DNA from: Thermoplasmata archaeon | Lineage (GTDB): Archaea > Thermoplasmatota > Thermoplasmata > Thermoplasmatales > GCA-001856825 | Assembly (NCBI GenBank): GCA_021792255.1 | Contig: JAJYUZ010000002.1 | Location: 320,001-384,000 of the forward strand | DNA: 64,000 nt | Direction: 5' to 3' | Shown here: positions 49,159 to 58,051 of the stretch, piece after piece | How positions within the stretch are numbered: position 1 is the first letter of the stretch | Layout of the letters: every line of letters starts with the position of its first letter | Notes under the pieces: generated by a model | Seen by the model: the letters and a program-made list of their open reading frames with translations, nothing else | What the model was told of the DNA's origin: nothing | The model's database searches: none | Made by a program: the position numbers and the translations under genes

Positions 49159-49249
49159 CAATTTCCAGTATGAAGCGCTGAAAATTAAGTTTCTCTCCTC
49201 CAGTATATCTGACAAAAGTCTTATATTTGTCTTATGTATATATTCAGAA

Positions 49250-50113
49250 ATGAACGAAATAATCACTGAACAATTGAACAGCAACGTGACAGACAACTTT
49301 AGAAATAGACTGTACGCTAACGGTAAAAGCAGGAATACCGTCAAGATGTATGGATATATAGTGAATCAATTCTTGGATTTCATTAAATTTGATAAGGAAG
49401 CTATAACTTTTGAGAACATAGAGGCGTTCAAGGAATATCTCTCGATTGAAAAGGGGTACTCAAAGTCGACAATTTATCTCTACATCAGGGCGATACAATC
49501 ATTTCTCACCTACATAGGTCTGGACAGCCTCGGGCATCTCAGTGCACCAAAGAGACCACAGACGGTCCCGAACTATCTGATGAACGACGAAGTTACTGCA
49601 ATAATAATGAACTGCAGAAACCTGAAGGAGAGACTCATAGTGAAACTCCTTGTGTACACCGGAATCAGAGTCTCCGAGCTCTGTTCGATCAGAATCCAGG
49701 ACATCGACATAAATAGTAAAACTCTGAAGATAAGAAATGGTAAGGGCGACAAAGACAGGTTGGTCGTATTCAGCGAAAAAGTCGTTCCCGATTTGAGACT
49801 GTACCTTATGGGGGTAAGGGATGGTAGGGGGAAAGGAGATTTCCTGTTTCCTACTTCAAAGAGCAGAAAGATTTCTCCAGTAACGATAGAGAGAGTCGTC
49901 AGAGACATCGTAAAGAGGTCAGGCATACCAAAAAAGATCACTCCGCATACTTTTAGACACACTTTTGCTACGTCCCTTCTCAGGAACGGTGCTGACCTGA
50001 GGATCATTCAGCTGCTATTGGGTCATTCAAGCATCAGCACGACGCAAATATACACGCACATGGATGATAGGGCTCTCAAGATGGGTTACGAGAAGTTCAT
50101 TCCCAGTTACTGA
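49250..50113 (+). CDS. xerA: site-specific tyrosine recombinase XerA
   Basis: TGIRVSEL, GKGDKDR, HTFRH, LLGH, TQIYTH catalytic set; housekeeping context; probable ATG at 49250. Confidence 0.88.
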   Translation: MNEIITEQLNSNVTDNFRNRLYANGKSRNTVKMYGYIVNQFLDFIKFDKEAITFENIEAFKEYLSIEKGYSKSTIYLYIRAIQSFLTYIGLDSLGHLSAPKRPQTVPNYLMNDEVTAIIMNCRNLKERLIVKLLVYTGIRVSELCSIRIQDIDINSKTLKIRNGKGDKDRLVVFSEKVVPDLRLYLMGVRDGRGKGDFLFPTSKSRKISPVTIERVVRDIVKRSGIPKKITPHTFRHTFATSLLRNGADLRIIQLLLGHSSISTTQIYTHMDDRALKMGYEKFIPSY

Positions 50114-50195
50114 GCTATCCAGGTTTAGGAAATTCTCTCTTAAAATAGGAATGTAATAATACTTTCAGTACATCACAAACTTGAAGGGTCTAGTG

Positions 50196-50846
50196 ATGGA
50201 CAAAAAAGAACAGGTCGCAAGAGAAGCACTAAAGTTCATTGTTCAGGGGAATGTGGTCGGACTTGGTTCCGGAACCACTGCTTCTCGATTTATAGAGATA
50301 CTAGGCGTAAGTGATATCAGGGACAAGATCGTGGGGGTCTCTACCTCAATCTCGTCCAGCAAACTAGCCAGGGAAGTGGGTATAAAGACTGTGGATATTG
50401 ATACCGTGGACTGGATAGATATCACCTTCGATGGAGCAGATGAAGTGGACAAAAACCTGAACATTCTCAAGGGAGGTGGAGGGATGCTCACCAGGGAAAA
50501 GAAAGTCAGAAACAAATCTAGAAATTACGTCGTTATGATTTCTGACGAAAAATTAGTAGACACTATACCAGCTAAATTTCCAATTCCGGTCGAAGTTCTC
50601 TCATTTGGTAAAGACACGACCCTAAAAGAGATTGAGGCTATAGGGATGGCGTGTCATTTTAGGGAGGACTTTGTCACCGACAACGGTAACCTGATCTGCG
50701 ACTGCAAGCCATTGGATAAGTTCGATTTGCAGGAGCTGGATCACCGGATAAAAGCGATAACGGGAGTAGTGGAAACGGGTCTTTTCCTTGGAGGGAAAAA
50801 GACAGTTTTGGTCTCAGATGGACGGCAGGTTAGGGTACTTAAATAG
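50196..50846 (+). CDS. rpiA: ribose-5-phosphate isomerase A
   Basis: GLGSGTT, DGADEVD, KGGGG...REK, TDNGN, GVVETGLF. Confidence 0.95.
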   Translation: MDKKEQVAREALKFIVQGNVVGLGSGTTASRFIEILGVSDIRDKIVGVSTSISSSKLAREVGIKTVDIDTVDWIDITFDGADEVDKNLNILKGGGGMLTREKKVRNKSRNYVVMISDEKLVDTIPAKFPIPVEVLSFGKDTTLKEIEAIGMACHFREDFVTDNGNLICDCKPLDKFDLQELDHRIKAITGVVETGLFLGGKKTVLVSDGRQVRVLK

Positions 50847-50912
50847 CGTCAACTTGAATCAATACATATTCTTTCCAAAGGAGAAAATTGGACACTACTG
50901 GATTCGGTCTGT

Positions 50913-51314
50913 TTAGAGAACTAAGTTTTGTATTTGACCCAACACGTTCTGCATGTCTGAAATCTTTCGTCTCTGCTCTTCCTCAAGTTCCTTCACGATC
51001 TCGTTGAATTGTTTCGCCAGTCTGTAGCCATGGACTGGTCTTCCCTTACCCTCTTTCTTTATATCTCTCTTCATTATCCAACCGTGTTCTTTCAGGATCC
51101 GCATTGCAATCGAAACTTCAGGCTGTCTGAGATTTGCATTCTTCTCGATCTCTACTGAGGTGGTCTCCTGTCGTCCTTTCATATAGACTAGAGCCTTGGA
51201 GACGTTTCTAGGCACGCCCATCTGGATCAGCAATCCAGCTAGCTTCTCATCCTCAGCCGTAAATCCCTCTATCATACGAATCATCATAAAAATTCTATAT
51301 TTATATTTTATCAA
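50913..51314 (-). CDS. archaeal winged-HTH transcriptional regulator
   Basis: TSVEIE...LRQPEVSIAMR...KGRPVHGY followed by a coiled-coil tail. Confidence 0.85.
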   Translation of the reverse strand: MIKYKYRIFMMIRMIEGFTAEDEKLAGLLIQMGVPRNVSKALVYMKGRQETTSVEIEKNANLRQPEVSIAMRILKEHGWIMKRDIKKEGKGRPVHGYRLAKQFNEIVKELEEEQRRKISDMQNVLGQIQNLVL

Positions 51315-51540
51315 ATTTATTAAGCTTCTTTTTTAAGATATTTCCCTTTATTATTTCTTATAGATTATTTTATAGAAACCGGATATGTGCTTTAAAAATA
51401 AAGAAAGGGAAAATTACATAGGTCATTTATCCAGTAACGAACTAGTTTTTGCTGGTAATATAGGTGACTATTTTGATAAAGACTCACTCACAAAAACCTT
51501 TTAGTACAACTAACGTTAGTAGCGAAGTACAGTGGTTTGA

Positions 51541-53847
51541 ATGAGTGCGGAAGGCGACGAAATTTTAAAAGAGATTCCTGTTGAGGTTCCTGCAGAAACT
51601 CTTGTCAGATTTAACAACGACGAGCTTAGGGCTAGAGTTTTCATCGACAAGTATGCTATTAAAGACAACAACGGCATCCTCCTAGAAAAGGTACCAGAAG
51701 AAATGTGGAGACGAGTCGCGAGGGAAATTTCTTCGGTAGAAAGTGGCCCACTGATGGCAGAGTGGGAGAACAAGTTCTATTGGTTGCTGGAAAACTTTAG
51801 AATGATTCCCGGTGGGAGAATATTGTTTGGTGCTGGTCAGGAAAAGTTCAAGAGAAGGGCCACGCTGAACAACTGCTACGTCATTCCGATTAGAGACGAT
51901 TCTCTGGAATCGATATTTGAATGGACTAAGGAAGCAGCGAGAACATACTCCCTTGGCGGAGGAGTCGGTACAGACATAAGCATCCTTAGACCAAGAGGTG
52001 CGCCGGTCAATAACGCCGCACTGAAATCTACAGGAAGTGTCTCTTTCATGAACATAATGTCCGAGACCACCGGGACGATTGGGCAGTCAGGAAGACGCGG
52101 GGCACTTATGATCACTATCAGGGTGGATCATCCCGACATAATGGACTTCATTAAGGTCAAGAGAGATTTGAACCACGTTAGACACGCCAACATATCGGTA
52201 AAGATCACAGATGAATTCATGAAGAAAGTGGAAGACGACGAAGAATTCACCCTCCATTACGAGAGCAGTAAGGTGAAGAGAATAGAGAGAGTAGTCAGAG
52301 CGAGAGAGCTGTGGGGGGAGCTCATAGAGTCGGCTAGAAACTGGGCAGAACCGGGATTAATCTTCTGGGACACTATGAAGAAGGAAAGTACTTCAGAATA
52401 CAACGGGATGGATATTCTTACCACAAATCCGTGTTCCGAAATTCCACTCGAAGGCTACGGAGCTTGCAACTTAGGAAACGTCAATCTTGCTCTGTTCGTA
52501 AAGAATCCCTTTGAGAACGCTGAACTCGACTGGGATGATCTCGAGAGAGCGGTCAGGTTCACAGTTCGCTTCTTGGATGACGTGGTTGATTACAACCTAT
52601 ACAAGCATCCCCTAAAATCTCAGACTGACGAGGCGGGAAAGAGTAGGAGAATCGGAGTAGGTTTTACCGGACTGGGAGACATGCTTATAAAGTTAAAGAT
52701 CAAGTACGATACTTCGGAGTCCGTCAAATTTGTGGGATCAATGTTCGAGAAGATAATGAACATAATCTATGACGAAAGTGCGAACATTGCTACAGAAAAG
52801 GGGACTTTCCCTTCCTTCGATCTTGAAAAACACTTGAAGTCGCCTTTCATATCAAAACTCGGATCGGAGGTCTTGGGAAAGATAAAGAAAAATGGGCTGA
52901 GGAATGTCGCCCTAATAACGGTACCTCCGGTAGGGAGCGGATCGGCTCTCGCGGGGACTTCTAGCGGAATAGAGCCTGTGTTCGCGTTTTCCTACACCAG
53001 GAGAAGTGAGTCGCTTTCGAAGCAAATGTTCAAGGTCTACCACCCACTAGTAAGAGAATACATGGAACTGTACGGAGTAAAGGAAGAAAAAGACCTCCCG
53101 GAATATTTCGTGGAGGCTCACAAGATCGATCCGATGTTTAGGATCAAGCTTCAAGCCACAATCCAGAATTACGTAGATCACTCTATCTCGTCGACAGTAA
53201 ATCTTCCATCAACGGTCACCACTGAAGAAGTTGGTAAGATATACTTTGAAGCCTGGAAAGCGGGCTGCAAAGGGGTTACAGTCTACAGAGAGGGATCGAG
53301 GGAAGGCATACTCCTCACTAAGGAAGCAACAAAGAAGAAGGAGAATAAGGAATTTGAAAGATCGACCATTCTCACTGGGAGAACCATAGTGTTCCCACTA
53401 TTGGAAACTGGAAAACTCTACACGACAATCAACTTCGATGACTCCGGCAATCCCGTAGAGATATTCGTCAACGTGGGAAAGTCAGGATCTGAGGAAAAAG
53501 CGTACTCCGAGGCGATAGGGAGACTGCTGTCACTATATCTTCAACAGGGAGGGGACATATCAAAGGTAGTACGGGCCCTGACGGGCATAAAGGGAAAGAC
53601 CACTACATTCGTTGGAGGTACCAAGATCACCTCGGTTCCCGATGGCGTTGCAAAAGCAATAGATATAGCAATGAAGGGAGAACAGCCACAATCCACTCTA
53701 ACTGGAGAATTTCTGGTCACGACAATAAAGACCGAGGAGAAGAAGGAAAAGACTTTCTCAACCTGTCCGAGATGCAGCAACGACACTCTCGCTGTGGAGA
53801 ACGGCTGCCTGACCTGTAAGACGTGTGGATACTCAAAATGCGAATGA
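51541..53847 (+). CDS. nrdJ: adenosylcobalamin-dependent (class II) ribonucleotide reductase with C-terminal accessory domain and zinc ribbon
   Basis: LNNCYV, GRRGALM, TNPCSE thiyl Cys, CNLG, SGIEP, GCKGVTVYREGSR, CPRC...CKTCGYSKC; no small subunit gene nearby. Confidence 0.92.
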   Translation: MSAEGDEILKEIPVEVPAETLVRFNNDELRARVFIDKYAIKDNNGILLEKVPEEMWRRVAREISSVESGPLMAEWENKFYWLLENFRMIPGGRILFGAGQEKFKRRATLNNCYVIPIRDDSLESIFEWTKEAARTYSLGGGVGTDISILRPRGAPVNNAALKSTGSVSFMNIMSETTGTIGQSGRRGALMITIRVDHPDIMDFIKVKRDLNHVRHANISVKITDEFMKKVEDDEEFTLHYESSKVKRIERVVRARELWGELIESARNWAEPGLIFWDTMKKESTSEYNGMDILTTNPCSEIPLEGYGACNLGNVNLALFVKNPFENAELDWDDLERAVRFTVRFLDDVVDYNLYKHPLKSQTDEAGKSRRIGVGFTGLGDMLIKLKIKYDTSESVKFVGSMFEKIMNIIYDESANIATEKGTFPSFDLEKHLKSPFISKLGSEVLGKIKKNGLRNVALITVPPVGSGSALAGTSSGIEPVFAFSYTRRSESLSKQMFKVYHPLVREYMELYGVKEEKDLPEYFVEAHKIDPMFRIKLQATIQNYVDHSISSTVNLPSTVTTEEVGKIYFEAWKAGCKGVTVYREGSREGILLTKEATKKKENKEFERSTILTGRTIVFPLLETGKLYTTINFDDSGNPVEIFVNVGKSGSEEKAYSEAIGRLLSLYLQQGGDISKVVRALTGIKGKTTTFVGGTKITSVPDGVAKAIDIAMKGEQPQSTLTGEFLVTTIKTEEKKEKTFSTCPRCSNDTLAVENGCLTCKTCGYSKCE

Positions 53848-54214
53848 AGCGGAACGCCCGGGTAAGAGTTTAGCTCGTTTTTAGTTTCTTATATATGAGT
53901 TTGGAAGTAGAACTGGCAGACCCTCGCCACTAAGACCAGTTGTTCAGGAGTCTTTGAAAGTACAATTACCTGTCACCTTGGAGCAGGGTTCAAGGTTTCA
54001 TTATGTCGGTTGGTCGGTACATATAAGAGTACTTCAGAAGAGTTTTGAGCTGGGCGGAACAGGCTCGCCCTTTGTGGTAAGAGACTCTTTGGAAGAGGCG
54101 TACCTCGAATGAGAATTCGGCAGCCGTACCGTATAGATCATACCTCTGAACGGCAATACTAAAATCAGAAATTAGGATATTACCTCGCCTGAGCGGAAGC
54201 GGGAGAGATAATCG

Positions 54215-54424
54215 ATGGGTAAATTGGAAGTTGAGATGAAACTAGATAAATTGCGAGGAATGACAAGATATGCAAGTTATTATTCGGGGCCTCCTCCATT
54301 AGGACTAAAGCATATAGACAGTACCGCGACGATGCAACTCTTTATAAAAGAATTGGAAAGCGTCGCTGGAGGGATTCCACTGAAAATAAATGTCACCATT
54401 GAGTGGGAGGGCCCGTCAGACTAA
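54215..54424 (+). CDS. small hypothetical protein
   Basis: 69-aa ORF with purine-rich RBS (GGGAG) and alternating beta-strand pattern at both ends. Confidence 0.55.
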   Translation: MGKLEVEMKLDKLRGMTRYASYYSGPPPLGLKHIDSTATMQLFIKELESVAGGIPLKINVTIEWEGPSD

Positions 54425-54498
54425 GCAAGTGCGACAGGTGTGTGTATACATGCCCGAGAGACTCAAAAGCTATTAGAGCTTCGGGGATTCGGAATAGA

Positions 54499-55041
54499 AT
54501 GAATAGACCGCAAGGAGGAACTCGTCTCCTAAATCGTTCACTGATGAGCGCAATAATTTCTGCAGTTCTAGCAGTCGCGGCAGTAATCATGCTGATATTG
54601 CTCTCCTTCACTCTATTCTTGGTCACGGACAGCTCTTTCTTCAAAAACTTACCCGTACGGCCATATGCATACTACCTCATAGGAGGCATATCTGCTTCGG
54701 TGGCTTTGCTCGTCATTTCTTTTATCTTTCTTTTCAAAAACATAAATGCTATTTCCTTGGATATTGATGAAAAAATAACTGAAGAACCAAAGGCGAAGGG
54801 AACAAAGGGGGAGGAGGGAGTCGAAGACGTAATGAAATATCTAGACGCGAGTGAGAGAGAGATATATGGTCTGCTAGTAGACGCGGGCGGAATGATTTTG
54901 CAACGGGATATTACGAGCGTAAAGGGATATTCCAAAGCTACAATAACGAGAATACTCAATCGTCTGGAAGCGAAAGGAGTAATAGAAAGGATGAGACACG
55001 GAACGACAAATCAGATAATCCTGAAACGAGTTTCGAAATAG
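54499..55041 (+). CDS. membrane-anchored winged-HTH (MarR-like) regulator
   Basis: Two TM helices, then EREIYGLLVDAGG...QRDI...SKATITRILNRLEAKGVIER; probable ATG at 54499. Confidence 0.85.
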   Translation: MNRPQGGTRLLNRSLMSAIISAVLAVAAVIMLILLSFTLFLVTDSSFFKNLPVRPYAYYLIGGISASVALLVISFIFLFKNINAISLDIDEKITEEPKAKGTKGEEGVEDVMKYLDASEREIYGLLVDAGGMILQRDITSVKGYSKATITRILNRLEAKGVIERMRHGTTNQIILKRVSK

Positions 55042-55080
55042 ATTTCACAAGAATGAAAACTGTTTCAACATAGATTTAAG
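55022..55080 (+). promoter_or_regulatory. putative operator array (GAAA-N4-TTTC x3 plus one degenerate copy) running into a TATA-like TTTAAG
   Basis: GAAAcgagTTTC 55023-34, GAAAtagaTTTC 55035-46, GAAAactgTTTC 55055-66, AACAtagaTTTA 55067-78. Confidence 0.65.
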
Positions 55081-55115
55081 AGCTTTTTCATCTTTGTACA
55101 TGGTAGGGTGAAAAC

Positions 55116-55490
55116 TTGAGAAATCACATGATGAGGTTCTTCTGGGTGTTCCTCGGGGTAATCGCTGCGGTCGTAGTAGTTTCAGTTGTGCTCAATGCGA
55201 TATTCTTTCGCGCATACTATCCCACCGGATCTAGTCCTTACTATTATGGGATGATGAATTGGGGGTATGGTGGATTCTGGGGAATAGGCGCTTTAATGAT
55301 GATCGTGCCTTTTGTCCTTCTGGTGCTATTCATACTATGGATAGTAGATGTGACGAGAGACCATCACTATGTGGAGCATAATGAATGGCACGGCAGAAAC
55401 GCATTGGACATCCTGAACGAGAGATATGCAAACGGCTCAATAACGCAAGAGGAATACATAAGAATGAAGGAAGAGATCAACAAGCACTAG
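55116..55490 (+). CDS. SHOCT-domain membrane protein
   Basis: Two TMs flanking a YYYGMMNWGYGG loop; C-terminal ALDILNERYANGSITQEEYIRMKEEI SHOCT signature. Confidence 0.88.
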   Translation: MRNHMMRFFWVFLGVIAAVVVVSVVLNAIFFRAYYPTGSSPYYYGMMNWGYGGFWGIGALMMIVPFVLLVLFILWIVDVTRDHHYVEHNEWHGRNALDILNERYANGSITQEEYIRMKEEINKH

Positions 55491-55629
55491 GCGATCAGAG
55501 TCATCTTTTATTCTATCAGAGGGGGTATCCATTTTCTGATTAAACGCCCCCTCAAGAAATTATTCTGACATCACATCTGACTTTAGATTGTGACCATAAT
55601 TAAATACAAACTGAGGTCTTGGGACAAAA

Positions 55630-55885
55630 TGGGTTTTGGTACCTTGACTCCTCTCACACGGGGGAGGGGGTGAAAGAGTAGCTATACAGGAAGCCCGGTA
55701 CCTTTCCCGATTCTCCTTTTTCAGTTTTACCCCATCTCACAGGGAAATGCTGAAGAGAGTGATAATTCTCAGGGTGATGACGTAGATAGGGTACTGGAAT
55801 TCCCGGGACACTATTCCCTGATACTTCACGGGAGAGATAAGACTGACAAAGGGGATGGAAATATCTTCAGCAGGGGCATACCTTA
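55630..55885 (+). pseudogene. possible GT4 glycosyltransferase remnant
   Basis: WVLVP*LLSHGGGGERVAIQEARYLSRF resembles a GT4 N-terminus; LILHGRDKTDKG in another frame resembles GRxxxxKG; interrupted by stops. Confidence 0.4.
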
Positions 55886-55915
55886 ATACTGTCCAAAGCT
55901 GCGCGTTGCGATCGC

Positions 55916-56035
55916 TTTATATATGAACAGGTGCTGTCGAACGAGCATTAGCCACACGTCTCTGGCAATAATGCCTATGATGGTTCTGCAATTAAGAACT
56001 CATCAAGACGCAACGGCTGTGCAATAGTGGTAAGT
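55916..56035 (+). promoter_or_regulatory. promoter (TTTATATA) and two-hairpin 5' leader of the ribosomal protein operon
   Basis: TATA box 55916-23; hairpins at 55945-55974 and 55978-56005. Confidence 0.6.
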
Positions 56036-57025
56036 ATGGCAACGCCAAATCATTCAAGACACGGGTCTATGGGATACTATCCCAGGAAGAGGGCAAGATC
56101 AGAAATACCCCACATCAGGTCGTGGCCCCAAGCCAACGGCGGTCCGAAGCTTCAGGGCTTCGTCGGATTCAAGGCTGGGACTACGCACGCACTGTTTGTG
56201 GATTACAGAAAGAGCAGCACGACTGCGGGTTCGGAAGTTGCATCATCTGTAACAGTCATAGAAGTCCCACCTCTCAAAGTTGTAGGTATACGGCTCTATG
56301 GAAGGGATGCATACGGAGAGCACACGATTGGAGAGACTTTTGACGCCGGTTCTCTGAACGAACTCAAGAAGGTTCTTCCAATCTCCAAGGAGTACAAGCC
56401 CAAGGAGCTGGATGGTACTGATGCAGTGGACGTTAACGTTCTAGTGCTGATTCAGAACGACAAGGTGAAAGCAATTTCAAAGAAAATTCCAGACATCACA
56501 GAGATCAGAATCGGAGGAGGCTCAATCAAGGAGAGACTTGATTATTCAAAGTCTATCCTCGGGAAGGAAGTGAGTTTTGATTCCTTTTCTAAGTCTGGAA
56601 AATTCGTCGATATAATAGCTGTTACAAAGGGCAAAGGATTTCAGGGTCACGTCAAGAGATGGGGGGTCAAGCTTCTTCCGAGAAAGAACAGGAAGCACAG
56701 GAGAATGATCGGAACCCTCGGTCCCTGGCACCCAGACTGGGTAAGGAACACAGTCCCACAGGCGGGTCAGATGGGATATCATCAGAGAACTGAATTCAAT
56801 AAGAGAGTGCTGTTTTACGGTAAGCCTGATGAGAAGGCAATAACACCGAAAGGTGGGTTCCTGAATTATGGCGAGGTAGTAAACAGTTATATTTTGGTCC
56901 ATGGCTCAGTCCCAGGAGCAACTAAGAGAATAATCAAGCTAAGGGACCCAACGAGGCAAGTGGTCTCAGATGTGGAGAAGGTAGGAATGACTTACGTGTC
57001 GCTAGAGAGCAAGCAGGGGGTGTAA
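56036..57025 (+). CDS. rpl3: 50S ribosomal protein L3
   Basis: RHGSMGYYPRKRA, GFKAG, TKGKGFQGHVKRWG, AGQMGYHQRTE. Confidence 0.97.
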   Translation: MATPNHSRHGSMGYYPRKRARSEIPHIRSWPQANGGPKLQGFVGFKAGTTHALFVDYRKSSTTAGSEVASSVTVIEVPPLKVVGIRLYGRDAYGEHTIGETFDAGSLNELKKVLPISKEYKPKELDGTDAVDVNVLVLIQNDKVKAISKKIPDITEIRIGGGSIKERLDYSKSILGKEVSFDSFSKSGKFVDIIAVTKGKGFQGHVKRWGVKLLPRKNRKHRRMIGTLGPWHPDWVRNTVPQAGQMGYHQRTEFNKRVLFYGKPDEKAITPKGGFLNYGEVVNSYILVHGSVPGATKRIIKLRDPTRQVVSDVEKVGMTYVSLESKQGV

Positions 57026-57026
57026 G

Positions 57027-57785
57027 ATGACGAATTTATTTTCCCTAGATGGAAAAGTAGTGAAGAGCGTCGAACTACCTGAGGCATTCAGATTCCCAAT
57101 CAGAAACGATCTGATTATCAGATTCACAAATGCATACCAGTCGAATGGACGAACTCCGTATGGAAGCTACTGGTTCGCAGGCAACAGGAGGGTCGGACAT
57201 AATATGGGCCCAAATCACGGTATCTCAAGGTATCCGAGGGTTTCAGGGACCTCAAGGGGAGTTCTCCTGAGCAATGCCAGGGGAGGCAGATCCGCTCACC
57301 ATCCAGTCACGGAGAAGAACTGGGACATGAAAGTCAACAAGAAAGAGAAGGTGTACGCAAAACTGTCCGCGCTTTCTTCGACGGTGTCTCCAGAATTAGT
57401 CAAGAAGAGAGGACACAAGTTCACGGTCGAATCCCTTCCAGTCGTACTCGAGGACAAGTTCGAAGAGATAGAGAAGACCAAGGAAGCAACGGACGTTCTC
57501 GTGAACGTGGGCATTTTTGGAGATATTTTAAGATCGAAGGAAGGGACAAAGATTAGGGCGGGAAGGGGAAAGAGCAGAGGAAGAAAGTACGTTACTCCCA
57601 AGAGCATCCTGTTCGTCGTAAAGGACAAATCCCACATTTCCAAGGCACTCAGCAATCTTCCAGGCGTGGATATAGTTAAGCCAGAGGAGCTCAATGCCTA
57701 TGTCCTAGCTCCAGGAGGGCATCCGGGAAGACTGCTCGTCATAACGGAGGGAGCATTGAACGATGTGAGGGGGTGGAAGTTTTGA
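57027..57785 (+). CDS. rpl4: 50S ribosomal protein L4
   Basis: GGRSAH, IRAGRGKSRGRKY, LAPGGHPGRL. Confidence 0.96.
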   Translation: MTNLFSLDGKVVKSVELPEAFRFPIRNDLIIRFTNAYQSNGRTPYGSYWFAGNRRVGHNMGPNHGISRYPRVSGTSRGVLLSNARGGRSAHHPVTEKNWDMKVNKKEKVYAKLSALSSTVSPELVKKRGHKFTVESLPVVLEDKFEEIEKTKEATDVLVNVGIFGDILRSKEGTKIRAGRGKSRGRKYVTPKSILFVVKDKSHISKALSNLPGVDIVKPEELNAYVLAPGGHPGRLLVITEGALNDVRGWKF

Positions 57786-58042
57786 AGAGTCCATATGACA
57801 TTCTTCTGAAGCCATTCGTTACAGAAAAAACGATGTTGCAGATAGAGAGGGACAACAAGATATGGTTCATCGTCAACGAGAAAGCAACGAGGGACCAGAT
57901 AAAGAGAGCGGCCGAGGAGATTTCTGGTATGAAGATAACAAACGTAAACATTCTGAGGGACAAGGAAGGAAAGAAAGCAGTCGTCAAGATTTCCAAAGAT
58001 TTTTCTGCGGAGGAGCTGGCTACAAAGCTGGGGATATTCTGA
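57773..58042 (+). CDS. rpl23: 50S ribosomal protein L23
   Basis: PFVTEKTM, KKAVVK, ATKLGIF; operon position. Confidence 0.95.
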   Translation: MEVLKSPYDILLKPFVTEKTMLQIERDNKIWFIVNEKATRDQIKRAAEEISGMKITNVNILRDKEGKKAVVKISKDFSAEELATKLGIF

Positions 58043-58051
58043 GGTGAAAAC

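Noticed and set aside
49250-50113. Tyrosine recombinase as a mobile-element integrase
   Set aside because: Xer-sized, flanked by housekeeping genes, with no att/tRNA or cargo genes; XerA fits better
53880-54210. Possible RNase P RNA, SRP RNA or cobalamin riboswitch
   Set aside because: No GAGGAAAGTCC/P4 pair, no SRP helix 8 motif, and no GGGAAG/B12 box on either strand
55515-55553. Crossing stems ATCAGA/TCTGAT and GGGGG/CCCCC after the SHOCT gene
   Set aside because: Stems are short and the loop geometry is atypical for an H-type pseudoknot; cannot be told from chance
55740-55895. Group I intron P/Q-like elements (AAATGCTG...CAGCAGG)
   Set aside because: No R/S elements, no room for P7/P8, and no interrupted host gene
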